The notes below the pieces were generated by a model. It saw nothing but the letters and a program-made list of their open reading frames with translations. It was not told where the DNA came from and did not search any database. Positions 37,979 to 47,812 of a stretch of 64,000 nucleotides of DNA are shown piece after piece. The DNA is from an uncultured Candidatus Saccharibacteria bacterium. GTDB lineage: Bacteria; Patescibacteriota; Minisyncoccia; Phycocordibacterales; Phycocordibacteraceae. The stretch covers positions 959 through 64,958 of the forward strand of contig CAYHYY010000001.1 of the NCBI GenBank assembly GCA_964360975.1, written 5' to 3'. Each line of letters starts with the position of its first letter. Within the stretch, counting starts at the first letter, position 1. A program made the position numbers and the translations under genes.

Positions 37979-39043
37979 ATGTCGTACTCAAAAGATCTTG
38001 CAGAACATATTCGAGCGGCTTCCGAGAGTCATGCATTCAGCAAATACAAGGAAGCGCGTAGCGCTATTCTTGCGCTCATTGATGAATCCAAATCCGACGC
38101 GGGAGCAAGCGATTACTGGAAACAGGAAATTGCAGGGTTCGAGTATCTTTTCGATGCATCCCCGTTGATTATCGAAACATTACGCCATCACTCGTATCAC
38201 CTCACGGGTCTCTATGAGTACCACTACCGCACGCACCATGCACGCATGAAGGGTCCGTATCGTGAGAAACTTGCGCTCCTCAAAACGCTCGATTCAAAAT
38301 CACTCCTCGTGCCAGAATCACCCGCGCTCGGCGGGTTTGGGTACGACATAGATGGCGCACTTTATAATCTCGACACGCTGAAATTTTATGAATTCCTTAT
38401 AGGCCTCGACAAGGCTGGATTCATAGAACCCGTACGGAATGCAGACCGTCCCGTTGTTGTTGAAATAGGCTCCGGGTGGGGAGGATTCGCGTACCAGTTT
38501 AAAACGCTTTTTCCGAAAACATCCTACGTCTTGGTCGACTTGCCGCACAGTCTTTTACTTGCCGCGACGTATATCCAGGCACTGTTTCCCGACGCGCATA
38601 TATATCTTGGCAATTCTATCCAATCATATGCACAGGTGGATTTTTCTCAATACGATTTCATTTTCGTTCCGAACACGGCGTGGGGAACACTACGCAAGCA
38701 ACGCATCGATCTCGCGATGAACATGATTTCATTTCAAGAAATGACTGATGAACAGGTGCGTTCGTATGTCTCGCGTCTGGCGGATTTTGAGTGTCCTCGA
38801 CTCTATAGCTTGAATCGCGATCGATCTCCCAACAACAGTGAAATCAGTGGGGTCATCGGCATTATGTCTGAGCAGTATCGCGTAGAGCATGTTTCCGTAC
38901 TTCCCGTTCCATATCACGTACTCAAAACTCCGAAACTATCGTTTATCGGTTCAGTAAAACATATAGTAAAGCAGGTTATCGGTAGGAAATCGAAACCAAT
39001 GTCTCGTGAGTATCAACACGCGAGCGGGGTGTTATCAGCATGA
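37979..39043 (+). CDS. SAM-methyltransferase-fold protein (putative sugar O-methyltransferase family), tandem paralog A
   Basis: VVEIGSGWGGFAYQF motif I and VLVDLPHSLLLAATY. Paralogous to the next gene (LLEIGSGAGNFAIF / VLIDLPQMLAYAAF). Confidence 0.5.
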   Translation: MSYSKDLAEHIRAASESHAFSKYKEARSAILALIDESKSDAGASDYWKQEIAGFEYLFDASPLIIETLRHHSYHLTGLYEYHYRTHHARMKGPYREKLALLKTLDSKSLLVPESPALGGFGYDIDGALYNLDTLKFYEFLIGLDKAGFIEPVRNADRPVVVEIGSGWGGFAYQFKTLFPKTSYVLVDLPHSLLLAATYIQALFPDAHIYLGNSIQSYAQVDFSQYDFIFVPNTAWGTLRKQRIDLAMNMISFQEMTDEQVRSYVSRLADFECPRLYSLNRDRSPNNSEISGVIGIMSEQYRVEHVSVLPVPYHVLKTPKLSFIGSVKHIVKQVIGRKSKPMSREYQHASGVLSA

Positions 39044-40050
39044 ATAGAGAGAAATCCGCAGCAAAACGATTCCACGAATTTCTGGCAACGGTTCCAGAGT
39101 TGCGAGATCCTACGCATGAGTCTACGTTTTGGGGCCCGCACATCAAGGCGTTCCGTCTCCACGAGCAGCCAAGCGAGGCGGAGGAGCTCGCAACGATTGT
39201 GGCAACTTCCGAATTTGGCTTTCGGGAAAAGTCGACGCTTCGTCTCTTGTTCGATGCGACCGTAGCTCGTTTCGTTAATTTTATTGCAACGAGATTGTAT
39301 TTTCTGAGTGATTCGAAAAGCAAGAAGTATGAACACGCACGAGCGCTTGCCTTTATGCAAAAGAAGGGGCTCTATGCTGACTACCTCTCTTTCACACAAA
39401 AATTCGACATTGGCTCCTCGATGCCGTCGGTTCGTCACTACTGGTACTTCTTAACATTGAAGAAATTCTTGAAACCGGAAGAGACTGCCTTGCTTGAAAT
39501 AGGAAGTGGAGCAGGGAATTTTGCTATCTTTTGCCTAAAAGAATTACCAGTTTCGACGTACGTACTCATTGATCTGCCACAGATGCTTGCGTACGCGGCG
39601 TTTCAGCTGCGGCGCTTCACACCAGGGGTGCACATCATATATCCCAACGAATTCAGAGGCTCTATCGATACAGGAAACGGCAAGACCGTTGTCATGCTTA
39701 CGCCTTCACAAATAGCCATGCTCCCTCCTGCATCAATCGATGCGCTTTTCAATTTTAATTCATTTTCTGAAATGGATAGAGAAGAAATTGCTCGATATCT
39801 TAAAGAGATCTACCGGGTCGGAAAGAAGAACGCGCTCACCTATTTGGTGAACCGTATTAAAGCAATGAAGGATATGCAGGGTGTTCCGTATGAGAACAAT
39901 CCCTATCTATTTCCGTACCGTGCGGATGATGAGATTTTTGCCATGGGTCTTGATGAATTTCACCACTTTACCCGCAGTGGTTTCAACGTAATCCCCGCGG
40001 TGACGATTTCGCGCATTGCCCGTATTAACACAGAGAATACGGGAGAGTAG
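39040..40050 (+). CDS. SAM-methyltransferase-fold protein (putative sugar O-methyltransferase family), tandem paralog B
   Basis: LLEIGSGAGNFAIF and the NFNSFSEMDREEIARYL region shared with paralog A. 4 nt overlap with paralog A. Confidence 0.5.
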   Translation: MNREKSAAKRFHEFLATVPELRDPTHESTFWGPHIKAFRLHEQPSEAEELATIVATSEFGFREKSTLRLLFDATVARFVNFIATRLYFLSDSKSKKYEHARALAFMQKKGLYADYLSFTQKFDIGSSMPSVRHYWYFLTLKKFLKPEETALLEIGSGAGNFAIFCLKELPVSTYVLIDLPQMLAYAAFQLRRFTPGVHIIYPNEFRGSIDTGNGKTVVMLTPSQIAMLPPASIDALFNFNSFSEMDREEIARYLKEIYRVGKKNALTYLVNRIKAMKDMQGVPYENNPYLFPYRADDEIFAMGLDEFHHFTRSGFNVIPAVTISRIARINTENTGE

Positions 40051-40082
40051 ATTAATGAGCGTTAGATTGATAGCATACAGCG

Positions 40083-41330
40083 ATGCGCGTCTCCAGAGGG
40101 GTCACTGTACGAACAACCTGTCGCATGTGCGGGAGCGACAAACTACACCAGTTTCTGGATCTCGGTATCCAGCCATTGGCAAATTCATTCGTAAAAAAAG
40201 AGGACTTGGATCAGCCTGAAGAAAAATACCCGCTCGAGGTGTACTGGTGTGAGCGTTGCTCGCTTGCACAATTAATTCATGTCGTCAGTCCCGAAATACT
40301 CTTTCGCGACTACGTGTACTTCTCAACGGCCATGCCGAAGCTCTCGAATCATTTTAAAGACTACGCAAAGGACGCGGTGAAGCGTTTCGTATCGAAGGAA
40401 GGACAGTTAGTGGTAGAGATCGGCTCGAACGATGGCGTCTTGCTCAAGACCATTCAGGACACAGGAGTTCGAGTGCTCGGTGTTGATCCTGCGAAAAATA
40501 TTGCGACGATTGCGAATGAGCGGGGCATAGAAACGATTCCCGAATTTTTTAACGAACCATTAGCAAAAGGGATTCGTGAAAGCCGTGGGGTGGCGCGCAT
40601 CATCATCGGCAACAACGTGGTAGCGCACATTGATAACCATCTCGACTTACTCCGCGGCGCTCTCGCGCTCTTGGATGAGGATGGGGTATTTATCTTTGAA
40701 GCCCCCTACCTGATCGACATGTTTGATAACCTCACGTTCGACACGGTGTATCACGAGCACCTCTCGTATCTTGCCGTGAGGCCCCTTGTTTCTTTTTTCG
40801 CTGCGAACGGTCTTGAGGTGTTTGACGCCCGAACGTCGCCAGTCCAGGGAGTCTCGCTCCGCATGTACGCAGGTCGACCCGGGCGTCACCCTATTTCTCC
40901 GTCTGTGAGAGATCTCCAGGAAGCGGAGAAACGTCGTGGACTCGACACATTGGAACCGTATCAAGCATTGGCTCGTCGCATACAGGATCTAAAAGAAGAT
41001 GTGCGAAAAGAGCTCTGGAATCTTAAAAAAAGCGGCAAGCGTCTCGCGGGGTATGGGGCGCCTGCAAAGGGGAACACGCTGCTCAACTACTATGATATCG
41101 GTCCTGACATGCTCGACTATGTCACGGAAACCCTTCCTTCAAAAATCGGGTTATATACTCCGGGCATGCATATTCCAGTAATCCACATTGATGAGGCCCG
41201 GAAGAACCCGCCAGACGCCTATTTGCTTCTGGCGTGGAACTACCAGAAAGCAATCTTGGAACAGGAGGAAGCATTTCTAAAAAGCGGCGGGACCTTTGTG
41301 GTTCCCATCGGTGACAAACGCACCAACTGA
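40083..41330 (+). CDS. NDP-hexose C-methyltransferase-like (TylCIII-type: Zn-ribbon, SAM methyltransferase, and C-methyltransferase C-terminal domain)
   Basis: CRMCGS...CERCSLAQL Zn-ribbon and VVEIGSNDGVLL motif I. The C-terminal domain has the RLAGYGAPAKGNTLLNY pattern typical of the C-methyltransferase C-terminus. Confidence 0.6.
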   Translation: MRVSRGVTVRTTCRMCGSDKLHQFLDLGIQPLANSFVKKEDLDQPEEKYPLEVYWCERCSLAQLIHVVSPEILFRDYVYFSTAMPKLSNHFKDYAKDAVKRFVSKEGQLVVEIGSNDGVLLKTIQDTGVRVLGVDPAKNIATIANERGIETIPEFFNEPLAKGIRESRGVARIIIGNNVVAHIDNHLDLLRGALALLDEDGVFIFEAPYLIDMFDNLTFDTVYHEHLSYLAVRPLVSFFAANGLEVFDARTSPVQGVSLRMYAGRPGRHPISPSVRDLQEAEKRRGLDTLEPYQALARRIQDLKEDVRKELWNLKKSGKRLAGYGAPAKGNTLLNYYDIGPDMLDYVTETLPSKIGLYTPGMHIPVIHIDEARKNPPDAYLLLAWNYQKAILEQEEAFLKSGGTFVVPIGDKRTN

Positions 41331-41335
41331 AATCT

Positions 41336-43267
41336 ATGAAAGTACTCGTTGCAGGAGGAGCAGGATATATCGGGTCGCAAGTTGTGCCGCACCTGGCGAG
41401 TCTTGGTCATGACGTGACTGTTGTCGATTTATTGTGGTTTGGGAATCATCTACCGAAAAGTATTACCGTTATACAGAAAGATTTGTTTGATCTCGAAGAC
41501 AAAGATTTGTGGGGGTTTGATGCAGTGATTTTTCTCGCCGGTCTTTCAAATGATCCGATGGCTGATTATTCGCCGGGTCTCAACTTCATAGCAAATAGCG
41601 CAGCGCCCACGTATGTAGCCTACATCGCAAAAAAGGCTGGCGTACCGCGCTATATATACGCGGGCTCGTGCTCGGTGTATGGATACACAAAAGATGACGA
41701 ACTTACATCAGAAGAATCAGAGGTGCGGAGCGTGTACCCGTACGGTATATCCAAACTGCAGGGTGAGCGTGGCGCACTGCTTCTAAACGACGAGCATTTC
41801 TCGGTCATTTGTCTTCGCCAGGGAACGGTGTGTGGCTACAGCCCGCGTATGCGCCTCGATCTGATGTTGAATGCCATGTACACACATGCGCTCAAAAAAG
41901 GCACGATCACGGTAAATAATCCGAGTATATGGCGACCACTTTTGGCCATGACCGATGTGCTCAAGGTGTACGAGCGCGCGCTTGCAGTTCCACTTTCGGT
42001 GAGCGGCATCTTTAACGTGAACTCTACGAACGTCACCGTCGGGGAAGCTGCAGAAGCCATACGCGCTTATTTTGACCGAGTCTACGACAAAAAGATTCAT
42101 ATCGATACCAAGCACGTTGCTGATGTTCGCAATTATCGCGTCACGAACGAAAAAGCCAGAACCATTCTTGGCATTGAATTCAATGGATCTCTCGAATCTA
42201 TTATAGAAGATCTTCATAAAAACCTGAACGATTCAGTCGATATTGATGACCCACAATATTCCAACATTAAAACGTTTATGGCGCTTTTCCCAAACAAATC
42301 ATTTCCTGACCCATCCGCAGACAGAGCGAGCGTGGGCACCATAAAAGAAAAAAGTCTCGAGCCTGGATTGGTAAGTATTGGAATTCCTGTCTACAATGGC
42401 GCGAATAAGATCCGACCGGCGCTCGAATCGTTTCTCAAGCAGACATACAATAATATTGAAATAATTCTCTCTGACGACGCATCAACTGACGAGACCGCAG
42501 CAATCTGCCAAGAGTATGCCAAGCGCGATAAGCGCATTCGTTACATACGGCAACAGAAGAACCTCACCCAACTTCCGAACATCGAGTTCGTGATGAACGC
42601 TGCCCGCGGCGAATATTTCGTGCTCGGCGCTGATGACGATTGGTGGGACAAGACATTTGTCGAAAAATTGAAAAATATTCTCGATATGAATCCTTCGTAT
42701 GGCGCGGCGATCGGCTCTGTGCGTCGCGTTTATACTGATGGAGAAATAGAACGAGAAGTTATTTACTCCGGAGCGTTTGATTTAACCAATCAGTCGTATG
42801 CTGAAGTTTTCGACAAGATGTCAGGCAAGTGGCCCACCCATTGGTTTTGCGGCGTGTACCGAACAAAATTGATACAAGACCTCATGAAGAATCCGTTTCC
42901 TCAGTGCAAGTCTCACGACCGCGTTTTTATGTGTGAGCTTGCGCTCGCCACGCGCATATTCTCAATTCCGGAGGTGTTGCATCACAAGACCATGTATCGG
43001 CAAACGCTTGCTGAGCGCTATAGCGCGCAAAATGTTGGCAAAGTGTTTCGCGATCCTCAGTCGCAAACGAAGTATGTCGTTGCCATGCTCAAACGATTGG
43101 TACTCTCGCCAAACATTCCATTGGAGAGGAAACTTCGTCTCTACCCGTACCACCTGAGTCTTTTTGTTTGGCGGAATCGCGTGTTTTTGCGCGAATGGTT
43201 CCCGCGGCTCTTTCGGGCCGCTCTGCATATTCGGGCAGGGGTCAGGCGGGCAATAGCTCGCGCTTAG
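41336..43267 (+). CDS. Fusion protein: NAD-dependent epimerase/dehydratase (N-terminal ~300 aa) plus a GT2 glycosyltransferase (C-terminal)
   Basis: N-terminus VAGGAGYIGSQVV with YGISK (YxxxK). C-terminus VSIGIPVYNGANKI...ILSDDASTDET (GT2 DxD context). Confidence 0.7.
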   Translation: MKVLVAGGAGYIGSQVVPHLASLGHDVTVVDLLWFGNHLPKSITVIQKDLFDLEDKDLWGFDAVIFLAGLSNDPMADYSPGLNFIANSAAPTYVAYIAKKAGVPRYIYAGSCSVYGYTKDDELTSEESEVRSVYPYGISKLQGERGALLLNDEHFSVICLRQGTVCGYSPRMRLDLMLNAMYTHALKKGTITVNNPSIWRPLLAMTDVLKVYERALAVPLSVSGIFNVNSTNVTVGEAAEAIRAYFDRVYDKKIHIDTKHVADVRNYRVTNEKARTILGIEFNGSLESIIEDLHKNLNDSVDIDDPQYSNIKTFMALFPNKSFPDPSADRASVGTIKEKSLEPGLVSIGIPVYNGANKIRPALESFLKQTYNNIEIILSDDASTDETAAICQEYAKRDKRIRYIRQQKNLTQLPNIEFVMNAARGEYFVLGADDDWWDKTFVEKLKNILDMNPSYGAAIGSVRRVYTDGEIEREVIYSGAFDLTNQSYAEVFDKMSGKWPTHWFCGVYRTKLIQDLMKNPFPQCKSHDRVFMCELALATRIFSIPEVLHHKTMYRQTLAERYSAQNVGKVFRDPQSQTKYVVAMLKRLVLSPNIPLERKLRLYPYHLSLFVWRNRVFLREWFPRLFRAALHIRAGVRRAIARA

Positions 43268-43268
43268 T

Positions 43269-44204
43269 ATGAAAAAAATACTTATTACGGGAGCGGCGGG
43301 GTTTGTCGGCTCTCATGTCGTACGACAGGCGCTCGAAAAGGGTTTTGAGGTGCACGCACTCGTTCGCAGAAATTCTTCCCTCGAGCGCATTCAGGATGTT
43401 ATGGAACGTATCACTATCCATGAGGAATCACTGGAAGACAAAGCGTCACTTGAAGCACTGCTAAAACGAATTGGCGCTGAGGCGGTGATCCACCTCGCTA
43501 CCTCTCCGATAATGAGCGGCCAGACAGCAGACGCGGAGACGCTTATCAGGACAAATATTGAAGGTACGGTTCACCTTATGGATGCCGCAGCAGCCGTTGG
43601 AGTAGATGCTTTCATTCATATAGGAAGCGGTGGAGGGGAGTATGGCCCCAAGGATCATCCTGTTCGCGAGGATGAGCGATGCGAACCGGTCGAACTGTAC
43701 GCCACGACGAAATTAGCGGCGACGCTCTATGGGCAGGGACTTGCACGACGCACCGGGTTTCCCTGTATGACGTTCCGTATCTTCACGCCGTACGGACCTG
43801 GAATTCAAAAGGGGAGGCTCGTCTACAATCTCATCGATAAAACCCTTAAAGGAGAATCCATCCAAATGAGTAGTCCGAAAATTTCTCGCGATTTCGTGTA
43901 CGTGGAAGATATTCCACCGCTTCTCCTCGAGGCTTTACCGCATGCCAAGGAACACGCGGGTGAAATATACAATCTGGGCAGCGGCACGTCGACGTCACTC
44001 AAGCAACTCACCGATGCCGTTTTTAAAGCTCTCGGTAAAGAAACGGAAGTAGCATGGAACGCGCTCCCCGTCTTAAGTTATGACAGCGAAATATGGCAAG
44101 CAGATATGAGGAAAACATTTTCAGCGTTCACGTGGCGACCGCAAACCACATTAGAAGAAGGGATGAAGAGAACGATACAATGGATGCAAGCCTCACGCGC
44201 ATGA
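43269..44204 (+). CDS. NAD-dependent epimerase/dehydratase family (possibly a GDP-4-keto-6-deoxyhexose reductase)
   Basis: ITGAAGFVGSHVV and YATTK (YxxxK). Adjacent to the RmlC-like epimerase and close to gmd. Confidence 0.65.
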   Translation: MKKILITGAAGFVGSHVVRQALEKGFEVHALVRRNSSLERIQDVMERITIHEESLEDKASLEALLKRIGAEAVIHLATSPIMSGQTADAETLIRTNIEGTVHLMDAAAAVGVDAFIHIGSGGGEYGPKDHPVREDERCEPVELYATTKLAATLYGQGLARRTGFPCMTFRIFTPYGPGIQKGRLVYNLIDKTLKGESIQMSSPKISRDFVYVEDIPPLLLEALPHAKEHAGEIYNLGSGTSTSLKQLTDAVFKALGKETEVAWNALPVLSYDSEIWQADMRKTFSAFTWRPQTTLEEGMKRTIQWMQASRA

Positions 44205-44737
44205 AGGTCACTCCACTTCGATTAGCTGGACTCGCTTCCATAACTCCAGAAGTTCACGGTGATTCGCGCGGATATTTTATGGAAGTGTTTAACAAAGACA
44301 CTTTTACGGACGCCGGTTTACCATTCGACGTTGTCGAGCATAATCAATCGCACTCACAAAAGAATGTTCTCCGTGGACTTCACTTCCAGTATGATCCACC
44401 GCTGAGTAAAATAGTGCGCGTTGTACGAGGGAAAGCTTTTTTTGTCGCCGTCGATACCAGAAAGGAGTCTCAAACGGTGGGTGGGTGGGAGGCGCGAGAG
44501 CTGTCACCTGAAACAAAAGAATTGTTTTTTATTCCTGCTGGGTTTGCTACAGGATTTTGCGCTTTGGAGGACGACACCGATATTGAGTATTACTTTAACA
44601 ATCACTACAATCCAAGAGGGGAAACAAACATCGCGTGGAATGATCACCTCATAAACATTTCGTGGCCTATAGAAAATCCGATTCTTTCAGAACGAGATGC
44701 AGGAGCGCAATCTCTTAAAGATTGGCTCGCTCGATAA
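44201..44737 (+). CDS. NDP-4-keto-6-deoxyhexose 3,5-epimerase (RmlC/RfbC cupin family)
   Basis: GDSRGYFMEVF (GDERGFFxExF), NQSHSQKNVLRGLHFQ, and the AGFATGFCALED region. The start at 44201 overlaps the upstream stop (ATGA). Confidence 0.8.
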   Translation: MKVTPLRLAGLASITPEVHGDSRGYFMEVFNKDTFTDAGLPFDVVEHNQSHSQKNVLRGLHFQYDPPLSKIVRVVRGKAFFVAVDTRKESQTVGGWEARELSPETKELFFIPAGFATGFCALEDDTDIEYYFNNHYNPRGETNIAWNDHLINISWPIENPILSERDAGAQSLKDWLAR

Positions 44738-44749
44738 ATTTCGACGCAG

Positions 44750-45688
44750 TTAGAGAATCAAAGGAAAAACGAAGGCGACGAAAAAGGGGATGTAGATAAG
44801 CGCAAAGAGCGTCGTCGAGACCACGGCAACGGCCGCTTTTTCGGGGACGGTGTTTAGTTGTGACGCATAGGCAACAGTGTTTGAAGCGAGCGGCACAATC
44901 GAAAAGGTGAGCATGATCGGATATACAGAAGCACTAAAAAAATGAAAAGTGTTGATGTCCAACAAGATAAGACTAATCGCTGCAGCGGGCCAGACGAGGA
45001 ATTTTGATGCAAACGATAAGAGTAGGAATTTTTTGTCTACGTCGCTCCATGCGACACCAGCGAGGCCAATGCCGACAAGCATCATGCCGAGCACGGAGTA
45101 CGCTCCTCGAAAATGAGCGAAAAGAGTTGACGCGTTTTCATATATGGATATGTGCAGCGCTAGAAACAGGACACCCACAATGAAGGCATACAGCGTGGGA
45201 AGCCTCAACACTCGCATGATCGCGTCACGAGGAAGAAAATTTCCGCGTGCGACGAAGTAATAGCCAATAGAATTTTCAAAGAGGGATATGCCGAGAATGA
45301 GGAGTACCGCTACCGACAAGTACTGTTCACCAAAAAGTGCGAGGACGAGGGGTAGACCAAAGTAGCCAGCGTTACCTGTGCCCGCGCCAAATGCCAAAAT
45401 ATTCTTTTCTGGTCCCTGCCAATACATTTTTCCAATGTTATAGAACGCGATACTCATGATTGTTGCTAGAGAAAACGATAGAAGCGGCAGGAGCATGATA
45501 GACCGATCGGGGGACGCAGTGACCACGCCATTAAAAATGACGAAGGGCACAATAAAAAAAATGAGGAGGCTCGCTATTGATTCTTTGTTGACCTTGAAAT
45601 AGCGGCCAGCGAGGTATCCAAGCAATACCAGTACGTAAAGAGGGAGAATTTTCGAAATGAGATCGACAAAGAGTTCCATGTGTGGCAA
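44750..45688 (-). CDS. AEC-family (auxin-efflux-carrier-like) membrane transporter
   Basis: About 10 TM helices. N-terminal ILPLYVLVLLGYLAGRY is typical of the family. Confidence 0.55.
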   Translation of the reverse strand: MPHMELFVDLISKILPLYVLVLLGYLAGRYFKVNKESIASLLIFFIVPFVIFNGVVTASPDRSIMLLPLLSFSLATIMSIAFYNIGKMYWQGPEKNILAFGAGTGNAGYFGLPLVLALFGEQYLSVAVLLILGISLFENSIGYYFVARGNFLPRDAIMRVLRLPTLYAFIVGVLFLALHISIYENASTLFAHFRGAYSVLGMMLVGIGLAGVAWSDVDKKFLLLSFASKFLVWPAAAISLILLDINTFHFFSASVYPIMLTFSIVPLASNTVAYASQLNTVPEKAAVAVVSTTLFALIYIPFFVAFVFPLIL

Positions 45689-45732
45689 CCCAATAGTACA
45701 CTCATTTTTTGCAGAAAGCGTATACTGACTCT

Positions 45733-46911
45733 ATGAAAATTACCGCAGTCGAGATGCTCCATGCGGACGCCGGGTGGCGTCCATGGTCGTTCGTCAAAAT
45801 TGAGACGGACGGCGGTATCGTTGGATGGTCAGAATGTACGGACTCACACGGCTCGCCTCGAGGCATGGAGGGCGTCGTGCGCGATATGGCGCCGCTCATC
45901 GTCGGGAGAGACCCGGAAGACCTTGATCGATTGCTGTGGGAGATGCACGCGAGAACAAAACAAAGTCCTGGTTCAATTCTTCAGAAAGCGCTTGGTGGGA
46001 TTGAGAACGCGCTTTGGGATATTGTCGGAAAATCAAAGGGCGTCCCTGTCTACAAACTTTTTGACGGGCCGGTCCGAAAAGAATTGCCGCTCTACTGGTC
46101 TCACTGCGGTACGTCGCGCGTTCGTGCTTGGGATGCGATAAAGAAACCGCGTATCAAAACGCGTGACGATGTCATTGCATTCGGCAAGGAGGTTCGTGAC
46201 TCAGGATTCAAAGCAATAAAGACCAATATCGGCATCTTGGGTGACGAGCCGTACGTGTATATGCCGGGGTTCTTCAAGAGTCCTGGCGATCGCGATGGTC
46301 ATGTGTCCGCCGGCATTCTTTCGGGGATCGAAGCTTGGGTGAGCGCTTTGAGAGAAGCGGTCGGTAAGGATGTTGCAATAGCACTCGATCTCAATTTCAA
46401 TTTTAACGCTGGGGCATGCATCACCATCGGGAAAACTCTGGAGCAATATAACCTTGCGTGGTTCGAGATAGACCTGTATGACCCGAAAGCGCTTCGCACC
46501 GTGCGCGACGCCATACAGACACCAATCACCTCATGCGAGAACATTCTTGGACTTTCAAATTATCGGCCGTATTTTGACGCTGGTTCGATGGATGTGACGT
46601 CGGTGGATATCATTTGGAATGGATTCAGAGAGTCGGTTGAGATAGCGAAAGAGGCGGGAACACGCGGTATGGAAGTTGTTCCGCATAACTATAATGGTCA
46701 TCTCTCGACCATGATCAGTGCGCATTGGGCGGCCGTCCTCGAGAACGTGAAGATAATGGAGTACGACGTCGATGACGTTCCATGGCGAGATTCACTATTC
46801 ACTGATATCCCCGCGGTTTCGAATGGAGTAATGACGTTGAATGATAAACCTGGATGGGGATGTGATGTGCGAGAGGATGTACTAAAAGAACACCCATGGC
46901 CAAAAAGCTAA
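45733..46911 (+). CDS. Enolase-superfamily enzyme (mandelate racemase/muconate-lactonizing family; sugar-acid dehydratase-like)
   Basis: N-terminal capping domain KITAVEM...VKIETDGGIVGWSE. The barrel region carries D/E metal ligands (IALDLNFNF, WFEID). Confidence 0.6.
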   Translation: MKITAVEMLHADAGWRPWSFVKIETDGGIVGWSECTDSHGSPRGMEGVVRDMAPLIVGRDPEDLDRLLWEMHARTKQSPGSILQKALGGIENALWDIVGKSKGVPVYKLFDGPVRKELPLYWSHCGTSRVRAWDAIKKPRIKTRDDVIAFGKEVRDSGFKAIKTNIGILGDEPYVYMPGFFKSPGDRDGHVSAGILSGIEAWVSALREAVGKDVAIALDLNFNFNAGACITIGKTLEQYNLAWFEIDLYDPKALRTVRDAIQTPITSCENILGLSNYRPYFDAGSMDVTSVDIIWNGFRESVEIAKEAGTRGMEVVPHNYNGHLSTMISAHWAAVLENVKIMEYDVDDVPWRDSLFTDIPAVSNGVMTLNDKPGWGCDVREDVLKEHPWPKS

Positions 46912-47804
46912 CGGTTGGCATACTTGGTGTCGGCGCAATCGGGGGCCTCATTGCGGCCGCAGCGGCCGCAAAGGGTTATGCGGTGACGTGCATCACGACA
47001 GAGGAACGCGCTGAAAAGCTGTCGAAGGATGGTCTACCGTACCGCATCGCCTTTCTTGGTGAAGGCACCGTACGACCAAACGTGGTCACTGAACTCCGTG
47101 AATCCCCTGACATCCTCATTGTTACGGTGAAGGCACCGCATTTGGATGACGCATTGAAGAGAGTTGAACACATCGCTCCCACGGCGCAAGCAGTATCGCT
47201 TTTGAATGGGACTGGGCATCTCCAAAAAATACGTGATGCCCTCAAATGTTCGGTGTCTGTGGGGACGATTGGACACCTTGAGGCGTACCGGGAGGCCGAT
47301 GGCGTCGTTGTATCCGCGTCGCGTGCGCCTACCGTTGAGCTTGCAACAGAACGCGGGGCTTCCGCTGACGAGGTAATAGAATTTTTTGAATCGATAGGTG
47401 TTCGTGTAGAGACATTTCCGAATGAGGTCGACGTTATTTGGAGAAAACTATCCCGACTCGGTCCGCTTGCGGCAGTGACTGCGGCCAGCAAAAAAAGTAT
47501 TGGAGAAGTTCTAGAGGACGATGCGTGGAGAGCGCGACTCGACGCTGCTATCGATGAAACAGCGGCCGTGGCTCTTCACGCCGGGGCCTCGGTTGATGCG
47601 GCAGCAAATCGCGATGAAATGAGAAAATATCCACCGACGCTGACGACATCTTTGGCTCGCGATATAGCAAAACATGAAGCAGGCGAACTTGATAGTATTG
47701 TCGGCTCAATTGTCGCAGAAGGCGAAAAACACTCAATTCCAGTAGATACAATGAGAGAACTCTACGCCCTGTTGCAATCGTCTTTGAAACTCACCGGCTC
47801 GTAG
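46896..47804 (+). CDS. 2-dehydropantoate 2-reductase-like (ApbA/PanE family) NAD(P) oxidoreductase
   Basis: VGILGVGAIGGLIA Rossmann motif. Length and the C-terminal helical domain are typical of the family. Confidence 0.55.
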   Translation: MAKKLTVGILGVGAIGGLIAAAAAAKGYAVTCITTEERAEKLSKDGLPYRIAFLGEGTVRPNVVTELRESPDILIVTVKAPHLDDALKRVEHIAPTAQAVSLLNGTGHLQKIRDALKCSVSVGTIGHLEAYREADGVVVSASRAPTVELATERGASADEVIEFFESIGVRVETFPNEVDVIWRKLSRLGPLAAVTAASKKSIGEVLEDDAWRARLDAAIDETAAVALHAGASVDAAANRDEMRKYPPTLTTSLARDIAKHEAGELDSIVGSIVAEGEKHSIPVDTMRELYALLQSSLKLTGS

Positions 47805-47812
47805 CTTAGTAT

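Noticed and set aside
37785-38168. 127-aa ORF starting inside the palindromic element
   Set aside because: It overlaps the inverted-repeat structure and the start of the downstream methyltransferase. It has a low-complexity composition and no motif. It most likely reflects random frame openness.
44093-44200. Upstream extension of the RmlC-like ORF (track start 44093)
   Set aside because: The extension overlaps the preceding epimerase gene in another frame. The conserved RmlC N-terminus begins at MKVTPL (ATG 44201), which forms an ATGA overlap with the upstream stop.
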